64,000 bases of DNA from an uncultured Gammaproteobacteria bacterium (GCA_964450885.1 CAYVFE010000001.1:310572-374571); one strand, 5' to 3'. Counted from the stretch's first letter, positions 9,101-17,628 are shown. The notes: generated from the sequence alone by a model not told the origin. Numbers and translations are program-made.

Positions 9101-9471
9101 ATTGGAATACAGATAAGTTTTGGTTATCTTATCAAGCTATTAAGGACTTTAAAGATTTCCGTCAAGGAATCGTCAACGAACAGAGTTTGGAACAAAAAGC
9201 ACAAAATAAGCTCGAAACACTTTTAAGGAGCCCCTTAGAAGAATTAATGCCATATAAAGATTTCTTAAGAATCCTGATGGAAGATATATTACATTTTGGT
9301 ACTTTGGCAGATTTTACACTTCGTAGAATTATGAATTTCACTGAGGACAGCACCAAAGATATTCAGGACTTGCGAAGCACTCTTGGAACGGATTATCTGA
9401 CAAAAGAAAAAGATAGGATCAAAGAGCAAAAGAAAGAAATCATTATTGCAATAGAGAATAAGAAAATATGA
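6130..9471 (+). CDS. PLD-nuclease / SNF2-type SF2 helicase fusion (putative restriction component); start probably ATG 6130
   Basis: N-terminal VGFFYFSG...HSKLY...GSSNLT (PLD); ADVVGLGKT, VDEAH, LTATP, SEGFNL, YDIPWNPVRVIQRLGRINR (SNF2). Confidence 0.9.
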   Translation: MSNFITNNGNSDLKHRLVELIKKSDELKFLVGFFYFSGIRELYEGLKSNPDTVIKVLVGLNIDKAVFGLVETESEEESSDEEKIYKFIESIKKSLNTEEFDTEEFYEQVRFFIELIQKDKLIIRKTYNPNHSKLYLFKLEENQAVKELFITGSSNLTRAGLTTQNEFNVEISSYGFEDAEKYFNDLWDEAVKITEFQEIKTKLVQIIEKETLIKDVTPFEAFCLVLKTYLDTFEEKEIGETLIKTLEENGYTPYQYQLDAVKQALATIEKNNGVIVADVVGLGKTVIACAISKQINKRGIVICPPGLMGDRDGGSGWGKYLEEFGLDNWKVWSRGDLKMALNFVNNAKDIEVVIVDEAHWFRNQDTENYELLKNICREKKVILLTATPFNNRPGDILALLKLFITPKKSTITLESNLVDQFKAFKGMFDRLGYIRKYKNSLNESKRLKAHAYYRSIFEEDIVDLEKVKQKAGYLAKQIRNVIEPVTIRRNRLDLQNHPVYNSEADNLSKVDDPKEWFFKLTKEQSEFYSEILEEYFGDPNEGGRFKGAIYRPFEYEKGLKSLSTNEAEEKLNQDDNRAFQQQRNLFDFMRRLLVKRFESSFGSFEQSIKNFKQITLRCQEFVNTTGEYILDRSLLEKIYELEAEEIEKYLLEYEEKITNGEYPKTHKRYRIKDFKNKEEFILDIKSDIDLFTEILDKLAKLELVKYDPKTECLLENLHEEFSKKPNGDEPKRKIIIFSEYVDTVRYLEETLKQHYGNRMLVVAGDLPNSKIAKLNKNFDASHSDQDDEFDLLLTSDKISEGFNLNRAGMVVNYDIPWNPVRVIQRLGRINRISKKVFENLNIVNFFPTEKGAELVKSREIAANKMFLIHSALGEDSKIFDSDEEPTPARLFSKVQQNPDELEEESFYTKAYKEYMKITKDNPELFENLKNYPPRIKVAKNGKENELLVFFTKGRLYVSGTQTDQENINPYYLVFEDVFEKIICTPNEESLDWNTDKFWLSYQAIKDFKDFRQGIVNEQSLEQKAQNKLETLLRSPLEELMPYKDFLRILMEDILHFGTLADFTLRRIMNFTEDSTKDIQDLRSTLGTDYLTKEKDRIKEQKKEIIIAIENKKI

Positions 9472-12400
9472 GTGATGCAAGAAGTCTACTAGAATCAATC
9501 ATCGAGGAATATTCAGTAGAAAAGTTCACGAGATTTTTTCGTGAAAAGAGTCAAAAGTTTACACCCCGACAAGAAAGCTATTCCCGTTATGATGATGATA
9601 ACTTCACTAAAGGATTTAAAATAGGTGAAGTAAATTTTTCCGAGATTGACAACCTTACAATCTGCGCTTTTGAAGTTACCAAAGCATTATCCGAAAAATC
9701 TGGCAAAAAATCCCAATATGAACTTGGAAAAAAAATTCTAAAAGAAGCTCAAGCTGGTGCTGGTATTTTTATTTTTTACGATCAGAACGGTAACTTTCGT
9801 TTTTCCCTTATTTATCCAGAATCGATTGGCACAAGAAGACAATGGAACAACTTCCGGAGGTTTACATATTTTATCAGTCATGAATTTACAAATAAGACTT
9901 TTCTTAAGCAAATTGGCGATAAAGAATTTACAAAACTCGATGATATTAAAGCAGCCTTTTCTGTTACTGCAGTTACAGACATTTTTTATAAAGAATTTTT
10001 CGATCTATATAAAAAAATTGTTGAAGCAACCAAGAATTTGAACAAAATTGAAGATGATGATCAAGCACGAGACTTTGTTTTACTCTTTGCCATTAGAACT
10101 ATTTTTCTTGGGTTCATCCAAAAAAAGAAATGGTTAGGAGACGACGAAAAGTTTATACAAACTTTTTATCAGGAATACAAAGATAAATTTGCTAATAAAA
10201 ATGAGTTTTACAGTCGGTGGTTGTCACCATTGTTTTTTGAAGCTCTCAATTCTCCACAGGGGAGAAAAGTAGCATACGGAGATAACGATTTTTCAGAAGA
10301 AACTGCAAAAAAACTTCAAATGGCGCCATATTTAAATGGTGGACTCTTCAGAGAAAAATCTGGATACGATACGAATGGCTGGAAAATTCCAGATCAAGTT
10401 ATTGAAAACTTTTATGATTTTTTGTTCTCCCATAGCTTTACAATAGAAGAAAACTCTCTTGAGGATGAGGATCTTCAACTCAATCCGGAATTTTTGGGAA
10501 TTATTTTTGAGCGTTTGGTTAATAAAGCCGACGGAGCAGTTTACACACCCCGACCAGAAGTTGACCTAATGTGTCGTTTAAGTCTAGTTAAATGGCTTCG
10601 AAAGAATCTAGAATCATCGATAAGGGTTGAAAATCTATATGAACTTTTCTTCAAAGAAAGCGAGAATGAAGATGAGCAAAAAGATGGTAGCTTTTCTCCA
10701 AAAGAAGCGCAGGAGATTTTGAATATACTCGAGAATGTAGCCATATGTGATCCAGCAGTAGGTTCGGGTGCATTCTTAGTGGGCATGATGCAAGTTTTGG
10801 ATGATGTGGAGATAGCTTTAAGAAAGAAAGCGAATATAGAAGTTCACAATGATTTTGAACGAAAAAAGCAAATTATAAAAAAATCATTGTACGGAGTAGA
10901 AGTTAAGGAGTGGGCTGTGTGGATCTGCCAATTGCGACTTTGGCTATCTCTCTTTGTTGATGCACCAGAGGACCTAAAAGACTCAATGGACCCAATTTTA
11001 CCGAATCTTGACTTTAAGGTGAGACAAGGGGATTCCTTGGTCCAGTTAATAGGTTCAAGAAATGTTCCAGTATCAACAGATAATTCTTTAGTAAGTGGGA
11101 GTTTATTAAAAGAAATACGTGAACTTATACAGCTTAAGATTGCTCATTATGAAACAGGACAACCTTCTAAAGAAGATATCGAGCACCGTGAGTATCTTTT
11201 CTATCGAAACTGGATGCAGCAGGAAATTACTAAAGAACAGAACAAATTAGTTCAAATTAATCAAAACGAAAAGAACAATCAGAATCAACAATCACTGTTT
11301 AATGATAAGGTTGATTCAAAACCGATTAACTTGAATTTATTTCAAAAAGAAAGAGATGAAATAGTAGTAAAGCTTGAGCTACTCAGATCTCAACTTAGGG
11401 ATTTACATCGGACAAATAAGCCTTTCCTTTGGCAACTGGAATTTTCTGAAATATTTAGCACCAAAGGGGGGTTTGATATCGTCATCGGGAATCCACCTTA
11501 TGTTAGGCAAGAAGACATTGCAGACCCAACAGGCAAGGTAAAAGACAAAAAGGAATACAAGGGATATCTACAAGAAATGGTCAAGATGGATTTTCCCGAT
11601 TATTTTCCTCCTAAGGCAAAGATAAACGCCCAGTCTGATCTTTACACCTATTTTTACATACGAGCACTTCGTCTTCTTAATGCTCAAGGGGTTCATACTT
11701 TTATCTGTTCTAACTCTTGGTTAGATGTTGGCTACGGTGTGTGGTTACAAGAATTTCTTTTAAATCGCTGTCCAGTAGAAATTATTATAGATAACCACGC
11801 AAAAAGAAGTTTTGAGGCAGCTGATGTAAACACAATCATTTCAATCATTCATGCCCCTCAAAAAAGTGTCGAAGCTGATCATCTAGTTAAATTTGTAGCT
11901 TTTAAGAAATCTTTCGAATCCGCGATATTTACCGAAAACCTTATTTCCATTGAGCAAGAAAAAGAAGTAGAAACTAATGACATTTATCGTGTATATCCAA
12001 TATCAATTACGAATCTCAAAGAAGCAGGCACCGAGTTTGATGGTGATTCTCAAGCAAGGCTGAAAGTGGGTAAATATGTAGGTGATAAATGGGGTGGCAA
12101 ATATTTAGTAGCTCCAGATTTTATATTTAATATTTTAGTCAATCCTTTAGATAGGATCATTAAATTTAAGTCAGTCTTTAACCATTCTCAAAGAAATAAT
12201 CTTTCCGTATTTCAAGATAAAGCTAAAGTGGAAAAAAAAGACGGCACAATTCCTTACCTTTCTTCTATTAAAGACGTCAACACTATAAAAATCGACAAAA
12301 ATAATTTGAAGTATTGGATAAAAGGAAAAAGTAGTGAAATCAGTGATATGTTTGTTCCAGATGTTATATCTAACAGGTTTGTGTCGGATAGGATTTTCTT

Positions 12401-12869
12401 TTTAGAAGGAGGTAATTTTGCAATTTCAGATACCTTTTTTCTGCTAAAAATTACGAGTTTATATAGTAAAGAACAAGTATTATCGTTGTTAAATAGCACA
12501 TTCTCGTTATTGATAACCGAGATATTAGGACGAAAAAATTTGGGAGGTGGGTTATTAACAATTTACGGATATGAACTGGAAAGATTTTATATTGTTAATC
12601 CAACGCTGATTAAAAATAATAGACGTATACTGATTTACTATAAATCATTATCAGAAAGAGTAATCGGATCTGTTTTTGTAGAGTGTGGGATTGATCCAAG
12701 ATCAGAGACACCAATAGATGAACAGGATCCCAAGCCATTATCTGATAGAGCTGAACTGGACAATATTGTTTTTGACGCATTGAAACTTTCTGAAGATGAA
12801 CGTAAGGATGTCTACCGTGCAGTTTGCAGACTAGTTTGGAACAGGATCAGTAAAGCAAATAGCGTATAG
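9468..12869 (+). CDS. Eco57I/TaqI-like large N6-adenine DNA methyltransferase (type IIG-like) with C-terminal target-recognition region
   Basis: PYLNGGLF, GAVYTP, DPAVGSGAF (motif I), GNPPYV (motif IV), DLYTYF; overlaps the helicase stop (ATGA). Confidence 0.9.
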   Translation: MSDARSLLESIIEEYSVEKFTRFFREKSQKFTPRQESYSRYDDDNFTKGFKIGEVNFSEIDNLTICAFEVTKALSEKSGKKSQYELGKKILKEAQAGAGIFIFYDQNGNFRFSLIYPESIGTRRQWNNFRRFTYFISHEFTNKTFLKQIGDKEFTKLDDIKAAFSVTAVTDIFYKEFFDLYKKIVEATKNLNKIEDDDQARDFVLLFAIRTIFLGFIQKKKWLGDDEKFIQTFYQEYKDKFANKNEFYSRWLSPLFFEALNSPQGRKVAYGDNDFSEETAKKLQMAPYLNGGLFREKSGYDTNGWKIPDQVIENFYDFLFSHSFTIEENSLEDEDLQLNPEFLGIIFERLVNKADGAVYTPRPEVDLMCRLSLVKWLRKNLESSIRVENLYELFFKESENEDEQKDGSFSPKEAQEILNILENVAICDPAVGSGAFLVGMMQVLDDVEIALRKKANIEVHNDFERKKQIIKKSLYGVEVKEWAVWICQLRLWLSLFVDAPEDLKDSMDPILPNLDFKVRQGDSLVQLIGSRNVPVSTDNSLVSGSLLKEIRELIQLKIAHYETGQPSKEDIEHREYLFYRNWMQQEITKEQNKLVQINQNEKNNQNQQSLFNDKVDSKPINLNLFQKERDEIVVKLELLRSQLRDLHRTNKPFLWQLEFSEIFSTKGGFDIVIGNPPYVRQEDIADPTGKVKDKKEYKGYLQEMVKMDFPDYFPPKAKINAQSDLYTYFYIRALRLLNAQGVHTFICSNSWLDVGYGVWLQEFLLNRCPVEIIIDNHAKRSFEAADVNTIISIIHAPQKSVEADHLVKFVAFKKSFESAIFTENLISIEQEKEVETNDIYRVYPISITNLKEAGTEFDGDSQARLKVGKYVGDKWGGKYLVAPDFIFNILVNPLDRIIKFKSVFNHSQRNNLSVFQDKAKVEKKDGTIPYLSSIKDVNTIKIDKNNLKYWIKGKSSEISDMFVPDVISNRFVSDRIFFLEGGNFAISDTFFLLKITSLYSKEQVLSLLNSTFSLLITEILGRKNLGGGLLTIYGYELERFYIVNPTLIKNNRRILIYYKSLSERVIGSVFVECGIDPRSETPIDEQDPKPLSDRAELDNIVFDALKLSEDERKDVYRAVCRLVWNRISKANSV

Positions 12870-12883
12870 TTGTCTAGCCTCAA

Positions 12884-12912
12884 TTGCTTTTGCTTAGCCT
12901 CAAGAGTATAAT
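12884..12912 (+). promoter_or_regulatory. sigma70 promoter
   Basis: TTGCTT-17 nt-TATAAT; ATG 8 nt downstream. Confidence 0.6.
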
Positions 12913-12920
12913 CCTACATC

Positions 12921-13841
12921 ATGAATAGTAATTCATTCAATATTGTTTATAAAAACAGTACTTCAAAAAACAAAGGTTACAGTCTTGAAATCTTAGGAAG
13001 CTCATTAGTTGGAGTTAATAAAATTATAAAGGAATTTGTTGACATTGCAAATTTTAATAACGAATTAGATATTAAAGTTAATAATGTTAAGAACGGGTCT
13101 ATAATTATTGAATTACTGTTCTATATAGATTTTCATCTGCTTTTTACAAACATTCAGGATCTATATAATTTTCTTTTAGTAGCAGATCCAAAACAGTATA
13201 AGGAGGTTGCTGAGTTTTTCTCTAATATAGATGGTGCACATAAATCAATTAACAATTATTACTCTCAATTTCCACTAACTGGTGAGATTAGTATGATGCT
13301 GATAGGGATATATATTGGCCGTATGATGCATATGAGTGGTAAGCAGAAAGAACAACTAACATTGAAAGATGAAAACGGTAATAAATTTCCCATAAAATAC
13401 GCTCAGAGGCTTCAAAATTTTGTGAAAAGAGGAGGATTTAAAAAGGCGCTTAGTCCAATTGTTGAAGGCGATGCAGAAGAAATAATTATGGAGCAGGCTG
13501 AAGTGCGGTTTAAGATTAGCGAAGAGAATATTGAGAACTTTTTACCTGAAGATGATCAAATCTTACCAGAGTATGAGGATGGGATGAATATTACTTTTAC
13601 GGGAAAAATTGTCGCCTTGCAAAGTACGAAAGGTGAGAGTGTTAAATTTAAAGCTAATGAAATTAATTCAGAGCTCTCTCTTTTAACTGCATATCCCGAA
13701 GAGGGTAAGGGCAGCGAGGAGTATGTCAATTTTTACAAAAAGGATATCGTATTAAGATCACAGATATATAGGAAATCTATGTATGTAAGACCAGCAATAC
13801 TAATAAAATCTGTTGAATTAATGCAAGAACAACTTATTTAA
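12921..13841 (+). CDS. hypothetical protein next to the RM-like locus
   Basis: 306-aa AT-rich ORF with its own promoter; no recognisable catalytic motif. Confidence 0.7.
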   Translation: MNSNSFNIVYKNSTSKNKGYSLEILGSSLVGVNKIIKEFVDIANFNNELDIKVNNVKNGSIIIELLFYIDFHLLFTNIQDLYNFLLVADPKQYKEVAEFFSNIDGAHKSINNYYSQFPLTGEISMMLIGIYIGRMMHMSGKQKEQLTLKDENGNKFPIKYAQRLQNFVKRGGFKKALSPIVEGDAEEIIMEQAEVRFKISEENIENFLPEDDQILPEYEDGMNITFTGKIVALQSTKGESVKFKANEINSELSLLTAYPEEGKGSEEYVNFYKKDIVLRSQIYRKSMYVRPAILIKSVELMQEQLI

Positions 13842-13889
13842 AATAAAAAAATAACTACACATTCAATTAAATGCTATAATTAGCCTCAA

Positions 13890-14057
13890 ATGCCGCATCA
13901 ATTTATGTCAATTATTTGCTTGAAGTGTAATAAGGACTATTGTCCTGTTTGTAAGCCTGCCTGTCCAAAGTGTCATACATTTGATGATGCAGATGAAAAG
14001 ACTCTAAAAATCCGTTCTCAGATGAGGCGTCATGGGATGCTAGAAAAAATGAATTAA
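13890..14057 (+). CDS. 55-aa protein with three CxxC motifs, not in the ORF track
   Basis: MPHQFMSIICLKCNKDYCPVCKPACPKCH...; TGnTATAAT 9 nt upstream. Confidence 0.65.
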   Translation: MPHQFMSIICLKCNKDYCPVCKPACPKCHTFDDADEKTLKIRSQMRRHGMLEKMN

Positions 14058-14081
14058 GTCTCTTAAGAAAATGGGTAGGGG

Positions 14082-14675
14082 TTAGGCTTTTTTGGTGGGT
14101 TTTTTCTTCGACTTTGTTTTTTTACCTGTGGGTTTTTTCGGTTTTTCTACAACTTCCTCAGTTGTTTCCTCGCCCTCCATAGCTTTGGCGTCGGAGGGTT
14201 CTCCAGCTATTTCCTCTGACTCTTCTTTCTCCAATTCATCTTGAGCAAAATTTAGTATCTCTAAAATTTTATCCAGTTTTGCATTTATCTCACTTAGCTC
14301 TTTTCCAGAACCGTTCGTGATGCGTCTAGAGTCTCCGCCTTTTCCTTCAAAGCACCTACTACATAAAGTGTCTTTTCTCTCGTTAGGACGGAATGGGACT
14401 CTGCAGTTGGCACCACAATTTGCGCATACTGCCTCAAACATTTCTCGTTCTGATCTGTCGTTACTTCTGGAGAATCTGTCGTGTCCGCGTCCTGCATCTC
14501 GTCCTCGCGATTCTTCTGGAGAGTGCTTTTTAAAACAATTCCTGCAGTAAACAGGCCTTCCGTTAGATGGCTTAAATGGAAGTTCACAGAACTTACCACA
14601 GTCAGCACACGTTGCTTTAAAAGTTTCGCGATCTGATCCTCTATCAAAGCTTCTATCTCTATTAAAATTTCCCAT
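14082..14675 (-). CDS. CxxC-x17-CxxC double zinc-ribbon protein
   Basis: Two copies of A(T/V)CAxCG..C..PF.P......CxxCF; acidic then Lys-rich tail. Confidence 0.9.
   Translation of the reverse strand: MGNFNRDRSFDRGSDRETFKATCADCGKFCELPFKPSNGRPVYCRNCFKKHSPEESRGRDAGRGHDRFSRSNDRSEREMFEAVCANCGANCRVPFRPNERKDTLCSRCFEGKGGDSRRITNGSGKELSEINAKLDKILEILNFAQDELEKEESEEIAGEPSDAKAMEGEETTEEVVEKPKKPTGKKTKSKKKPTKKA
14169..14198 (-). repeat. 30-nt REP-like palindrome in frame inside a CDS
   Basis: CCCTCC-GACGCCAAAGCTAT-GGAGGG-CGAG on the minus strand, encoding PSDAKAMEGE. Confidence 0.7.
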
Positions 14676-14791
14676 TAGGTATATTATACATTACTCTAGG
14701 ATAAATAGTGTGAGTAAAATATAAATTCTTAAATCCTACTACTTCTTAAATTTGAATCCGCTTATCCAGTCTACTGTATAATGGATTACTG

Positions 14792-15688
14792 ATGAAACAT
14801 TATATTCATATTCGAAAGTTCTTAATCCAGCATAGGATGAATATTGCTCTCTATATCATGGCGTTCGTGATTTCATTTCTCGTTATATTTCTTGCCTCGA
14901 TTTATAGTAACTCTCAGATACAAAATGATAGTGTCGTTCAAAATCAATCTCCCGCAACCCCTTCTATACCTGAAATTATTCCTTTTACATCTTACGAAAA
15001 ACCCGATTTAGCGCCTGCCGAGGTGTATAATATTTATCTCATTGGTGACTCCATGACTCACGCATTTGGTCCGCGTGGTGGAGTCTTTAATGAAATAATA
15101 TCTAGAGAGTATCCAAACTCTTTTTTCGAAATTTCAAATTATGCTATGGCTAACCAAAACATACTGCTTCTTCCAGAGCGCTTAAAGCAAAGCGTTCAGG
15201 CGGATCATGATTTGCTACTAGTTCCGATACTAGAGGGTGATCCTGATCTTATAATTATCGAATCTTTCGGATATAATCCGCTTTCACAGTTCGGAATAGA
15301 GGAGGGGCTAAAGAGGCAGGAAGAATTGCTGACAGAAGTAATGACAACTCTAACCAACCGTTTTCCAAATGCTTCCGTAATGTTTTTTGCTGCGATCGCG
15401 CCAGATAAAACTACCTACGGACAAGCTGTAACTGAATCTAGTGCTGAAGCGCGATGGGCGCAGGCCGAAGAACGGATAGAGTACATAACAAATCACATAG
15501 ATTATGCTAACGAACATAATATTCCTGTTATCAATGCGTATGCTGAGTCGCTTGATTTAGATGGAGATGGTGACACGCTATACATAAATCCGGATGATAA
15601 TATTCATCCATCTGCAGAAGGATTGGCTCTGATGGGAAGAATTATGACCAGAAGAATTCAGGAAGAGAATATTTTCCCTACTCAGTAA
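14792..15688 (+). CDS. membrane-anchored SGNH/GDSL hydrolase
   Basis: N-terminal TM segment; IGDSMT block I; GYN; DNIHP block V. Confidence 0.85.
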   Translation: MKHYIHIRKFLIQHRMNIALYIMAFVISFLVIFLASIYSNSQIQNDSVVQNQSPATPSIPEIIPFTSYEKPDLAPAEVYNIYLIGDSMTHAFGPRGGVFNEIISREYPNSFFEISNYAMANQNILLLPERLKQSVQADHDLLLVPILEGDPDLIIIESFGYNPLSQFGIEEGLKRQEELLTEVMTTLTNRFPNASVMFFAAIAPDKTTYGQAVTESSAEARWAQAEERIEYITNHIDYANEHNIPVINAYAESLDLDGDGDTLYINPDDNIHPSAEGLALMGRIMTRRIQEENIFPTQ

Positions 15689-16640
15689 TTTTGGTCCGTT
15701 CCGGCAACTTATCCTTTAATTCACCTAACTCATTCGTGGTTTCGATTTGCTGGCCGAGCTTATCAAAGCTGCTAGTAACGGTTGTCATCATGTTATAGGA
15801 ATTCGTTATGTGACGCGATAAAGTCTCCATATTATCATTTGCCTTCTCGTATTCCTTCTGGACACTGCGGAGATTTGAAAGAATCTTATGTGCTTGCTGT
15901 GAAATCTTTTGCCCTTCAAATCCTATTAGAATAGATCTCAAAAATGCGTAAAACGTCATAGGGGAGACCGCGAGAACTCGTTTTTTTGTTGCGTGGTCAT
16001 AAAGAACCGATTCATTTACTATTTCATAGTAGACGGATTCTGATGGCACGTACATGAGAGCAAAGTCTATAGTTCCTTCATTTGTGAGGATATATTTACT
16101 AGAAATGCTATCTATATGCTTTTTAATGTCGCTTAGAAATTCTTTTGCGTACTGTTTTTTCTCCCGTGCGTCAGTAGTAGCATGTGACTTTTTAAAATTC
16201 TCCATCGGGAATTTACTATCTATCGGGATGATTCCAGCTTCGGTTATGATTGCGGCATCTACTATCGCGCCACTTTTAAATCTATGCTGCAACTTGTATG
16301 TCTTTTTCGGGAGGAACTGTCCCAGTAGTTCTTTAAGCACCTGCTCTCCTATATTTCCACGAAGCTTTGGGGAATTCAGAAATTCCTGAAGATCTTTCAT
16401 ATTTCGTCCGATCTCACTCATTTCGCCAAGTGACTTCTGGACCGACGCGAAAGCTGCCGCAGCGCTATTAAGACGCGTGTTCATTTCCTGATTGTTGCTA
16501 TCAAGCCTTTTATCCATCGATTTTAGCCACTCGACTAATGTGTCGTCCTGCTTATCTGATGGTTTGCGGGTGATAAGAAAGATAACGATTCCAAATCCTA
16601 TGATAAGAATTGAGGAGATTACGAGCAGGTCTATATTCAT
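15678..16640 (-). CDS. rmuC: DNA recombination protein RmuC
   Basis: N-terminal TM, coiled coil, KLRGNIGE, PIDSKFP, TIDFALMYVPSE. Confidence 0.9.
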   Translation of the reverse strand: MNIDLLVISSILIIGFGIVIFLITRKPSDKQDDTLVEWLKSMDKRLDSNNQEMNTRLNSAAAAFASVQKSLGEMSEIGRNMKDLQEFLNSPKLRGNIGEQVLKELLGQFLPKKTYKLQHRFKSGAIVDAAIITEAGIIPIDSKFPMENFKKSHATTDAREKKQYAKEFLSDIKKHIDSISSKYILTNEGTIDFALMYVPSESVYYEIVNESVLYDHATKKRVLAVSPMTFYAFLRSILIGFEGQKISQQAHKILSNLRSVQKEYEKANDNMETLSRHITNSYNMMTTVTSSFDKLGQQIETTNELGELKDKLPERTKITE

Positions 16641-16669
16641 GGAGTATTAGTTTATCACAAATATTTCTT

Positions 16670-17050
16670 CTACTTTTTGCCGTAAAAAGTAGCACCTGCC
16701 CGCAATACTTTCAGCATAGCTGACGCAGGCGGGAAAACTCTCGCCTATTTTTCTTACTTACTTTTTAAAAAAGTAAGACAAAAGCGTTATTATTTACTCT
16801 CCTTTTTTAGAAAAAGGAGCAAAAAGCGTCATCTAAGTGAATCTTTTCCTTTCGAAACTACCTTCTTCTCTAAAAGCTTCACGCCTCACTATCGCTCAAA
16901 CAGGTAAAACTTTTTTAACGTTCAGAAGGTATTTTCTTAAGGAGTCGATTCAACGATGACACATAAAGAATCGGGTCACCGCCCAACGACAAAATAAATC
17001 GGGTGAAGCGGCGAAAAAGAGGTTGCAAATTGGGGTTCGAATCCCACGAT
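16670..17050. repeat. multi-hairpin non-coding element (REP/MITE-like or structured RNA)
   Basis: Three related T5/A5 hairpins, a REP-like palindrome at 16695-16733 and a long nested inverted repeat at 16828-16960. Confidence 0.6.
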
Positions 17051-17076
17051 AATAAGATTTAGAGGATGAGGTAAAA

Positions 17077-17628
17077 TTAAGTAGTGGTTTTTTCGAGGAC
17101 TTCGTATAGAACTATCCCTAAAGATACCATTACATTTAATGATTTGTTGATTCCCAGCTGTGGGAGCTGCACTATCAGATCGCACATAGATAGAACTTCT
17201 TCAGAAATTCCATCTGATTCGTGGCCTACGACAAGTGCTACAGGCAGAGTGTAGTCAGCTTTCGTGTAATCTACAGATCTGTCGTCTAGTTCTACGCCAA
17301 CTATTTTTATATCAGGAATTTCTTTTTTTAGTTTATTAATCGCGTCAGTAGTTTTCTCAAAATATTCCCACTGTACCCATTGCCAAGTTCCTACAGATGC
17401 TTTCTGGATCCTACTGTTTGGTGGAGTCTCGGAACCTTTGCAAAGATATATTTTCTTTGCGCCTACAGCATCAGCGAGGCGGAATATCGATCCAATATTA
17501 TATGTATCTAGGATATCGTCGAGTATGACATAGATTTCCTGACGGGTTTTTTTGACTCGATCTAGCTCTTCCTGCGTGGGAGTTTTTACTCGGAGAATTT
17601 CTGCTCCTAATTTATCATTTGGCTTCAT
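17077..17628 (-). CDS. TrmH/SpoU-family RNA 2'-O-methyltransferase
   Basis: YNIGSIFR, VVGHESDGI, SLNV SPOUT motifs. Confidence 0.9.
   Translation of the reverse strand: MKPNDKLGAEILRVKTPTQEELDRVKKTRQEIYVILDDILDTYNIGSIFRLADAVGAKKIYLCKGSETPPNSRIQKASVGTWQWVQWEYFEKTTDAINKLKKEIPDIKIVGVELDDRSVDYTKADYTLPVALVVGHESDGISEEVLSMCDLIVQLPQLGINKSLNVMVSLGIVLYEVLEKTTT

Noticed and set aside
6130-12869. Complete DISARM or BREX system
   Set aside because: No drmA/drmB (DUF1998) and no brxC/pglZ/brxL genes in the neighbourhood
4600-14100. Prophage or integrative element
   Set aside because: No integrase, transposase, phage structural genes or tRNA attachment site seen
16670-16830. CRISPR array suggested by repeated hairpins
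   Set aside because: Only three degenerate repeats with irregular spacing, and no cas genes in the window
17000-17050. tRNA suggested by GGGTTCGAATCCC and a nearby TTGCAAA
   Set aside because: No acceptor stem or D-arm, and the anticodon-to-T-arm spacing is too short for a cloverleaf; kept only as part of the structured element
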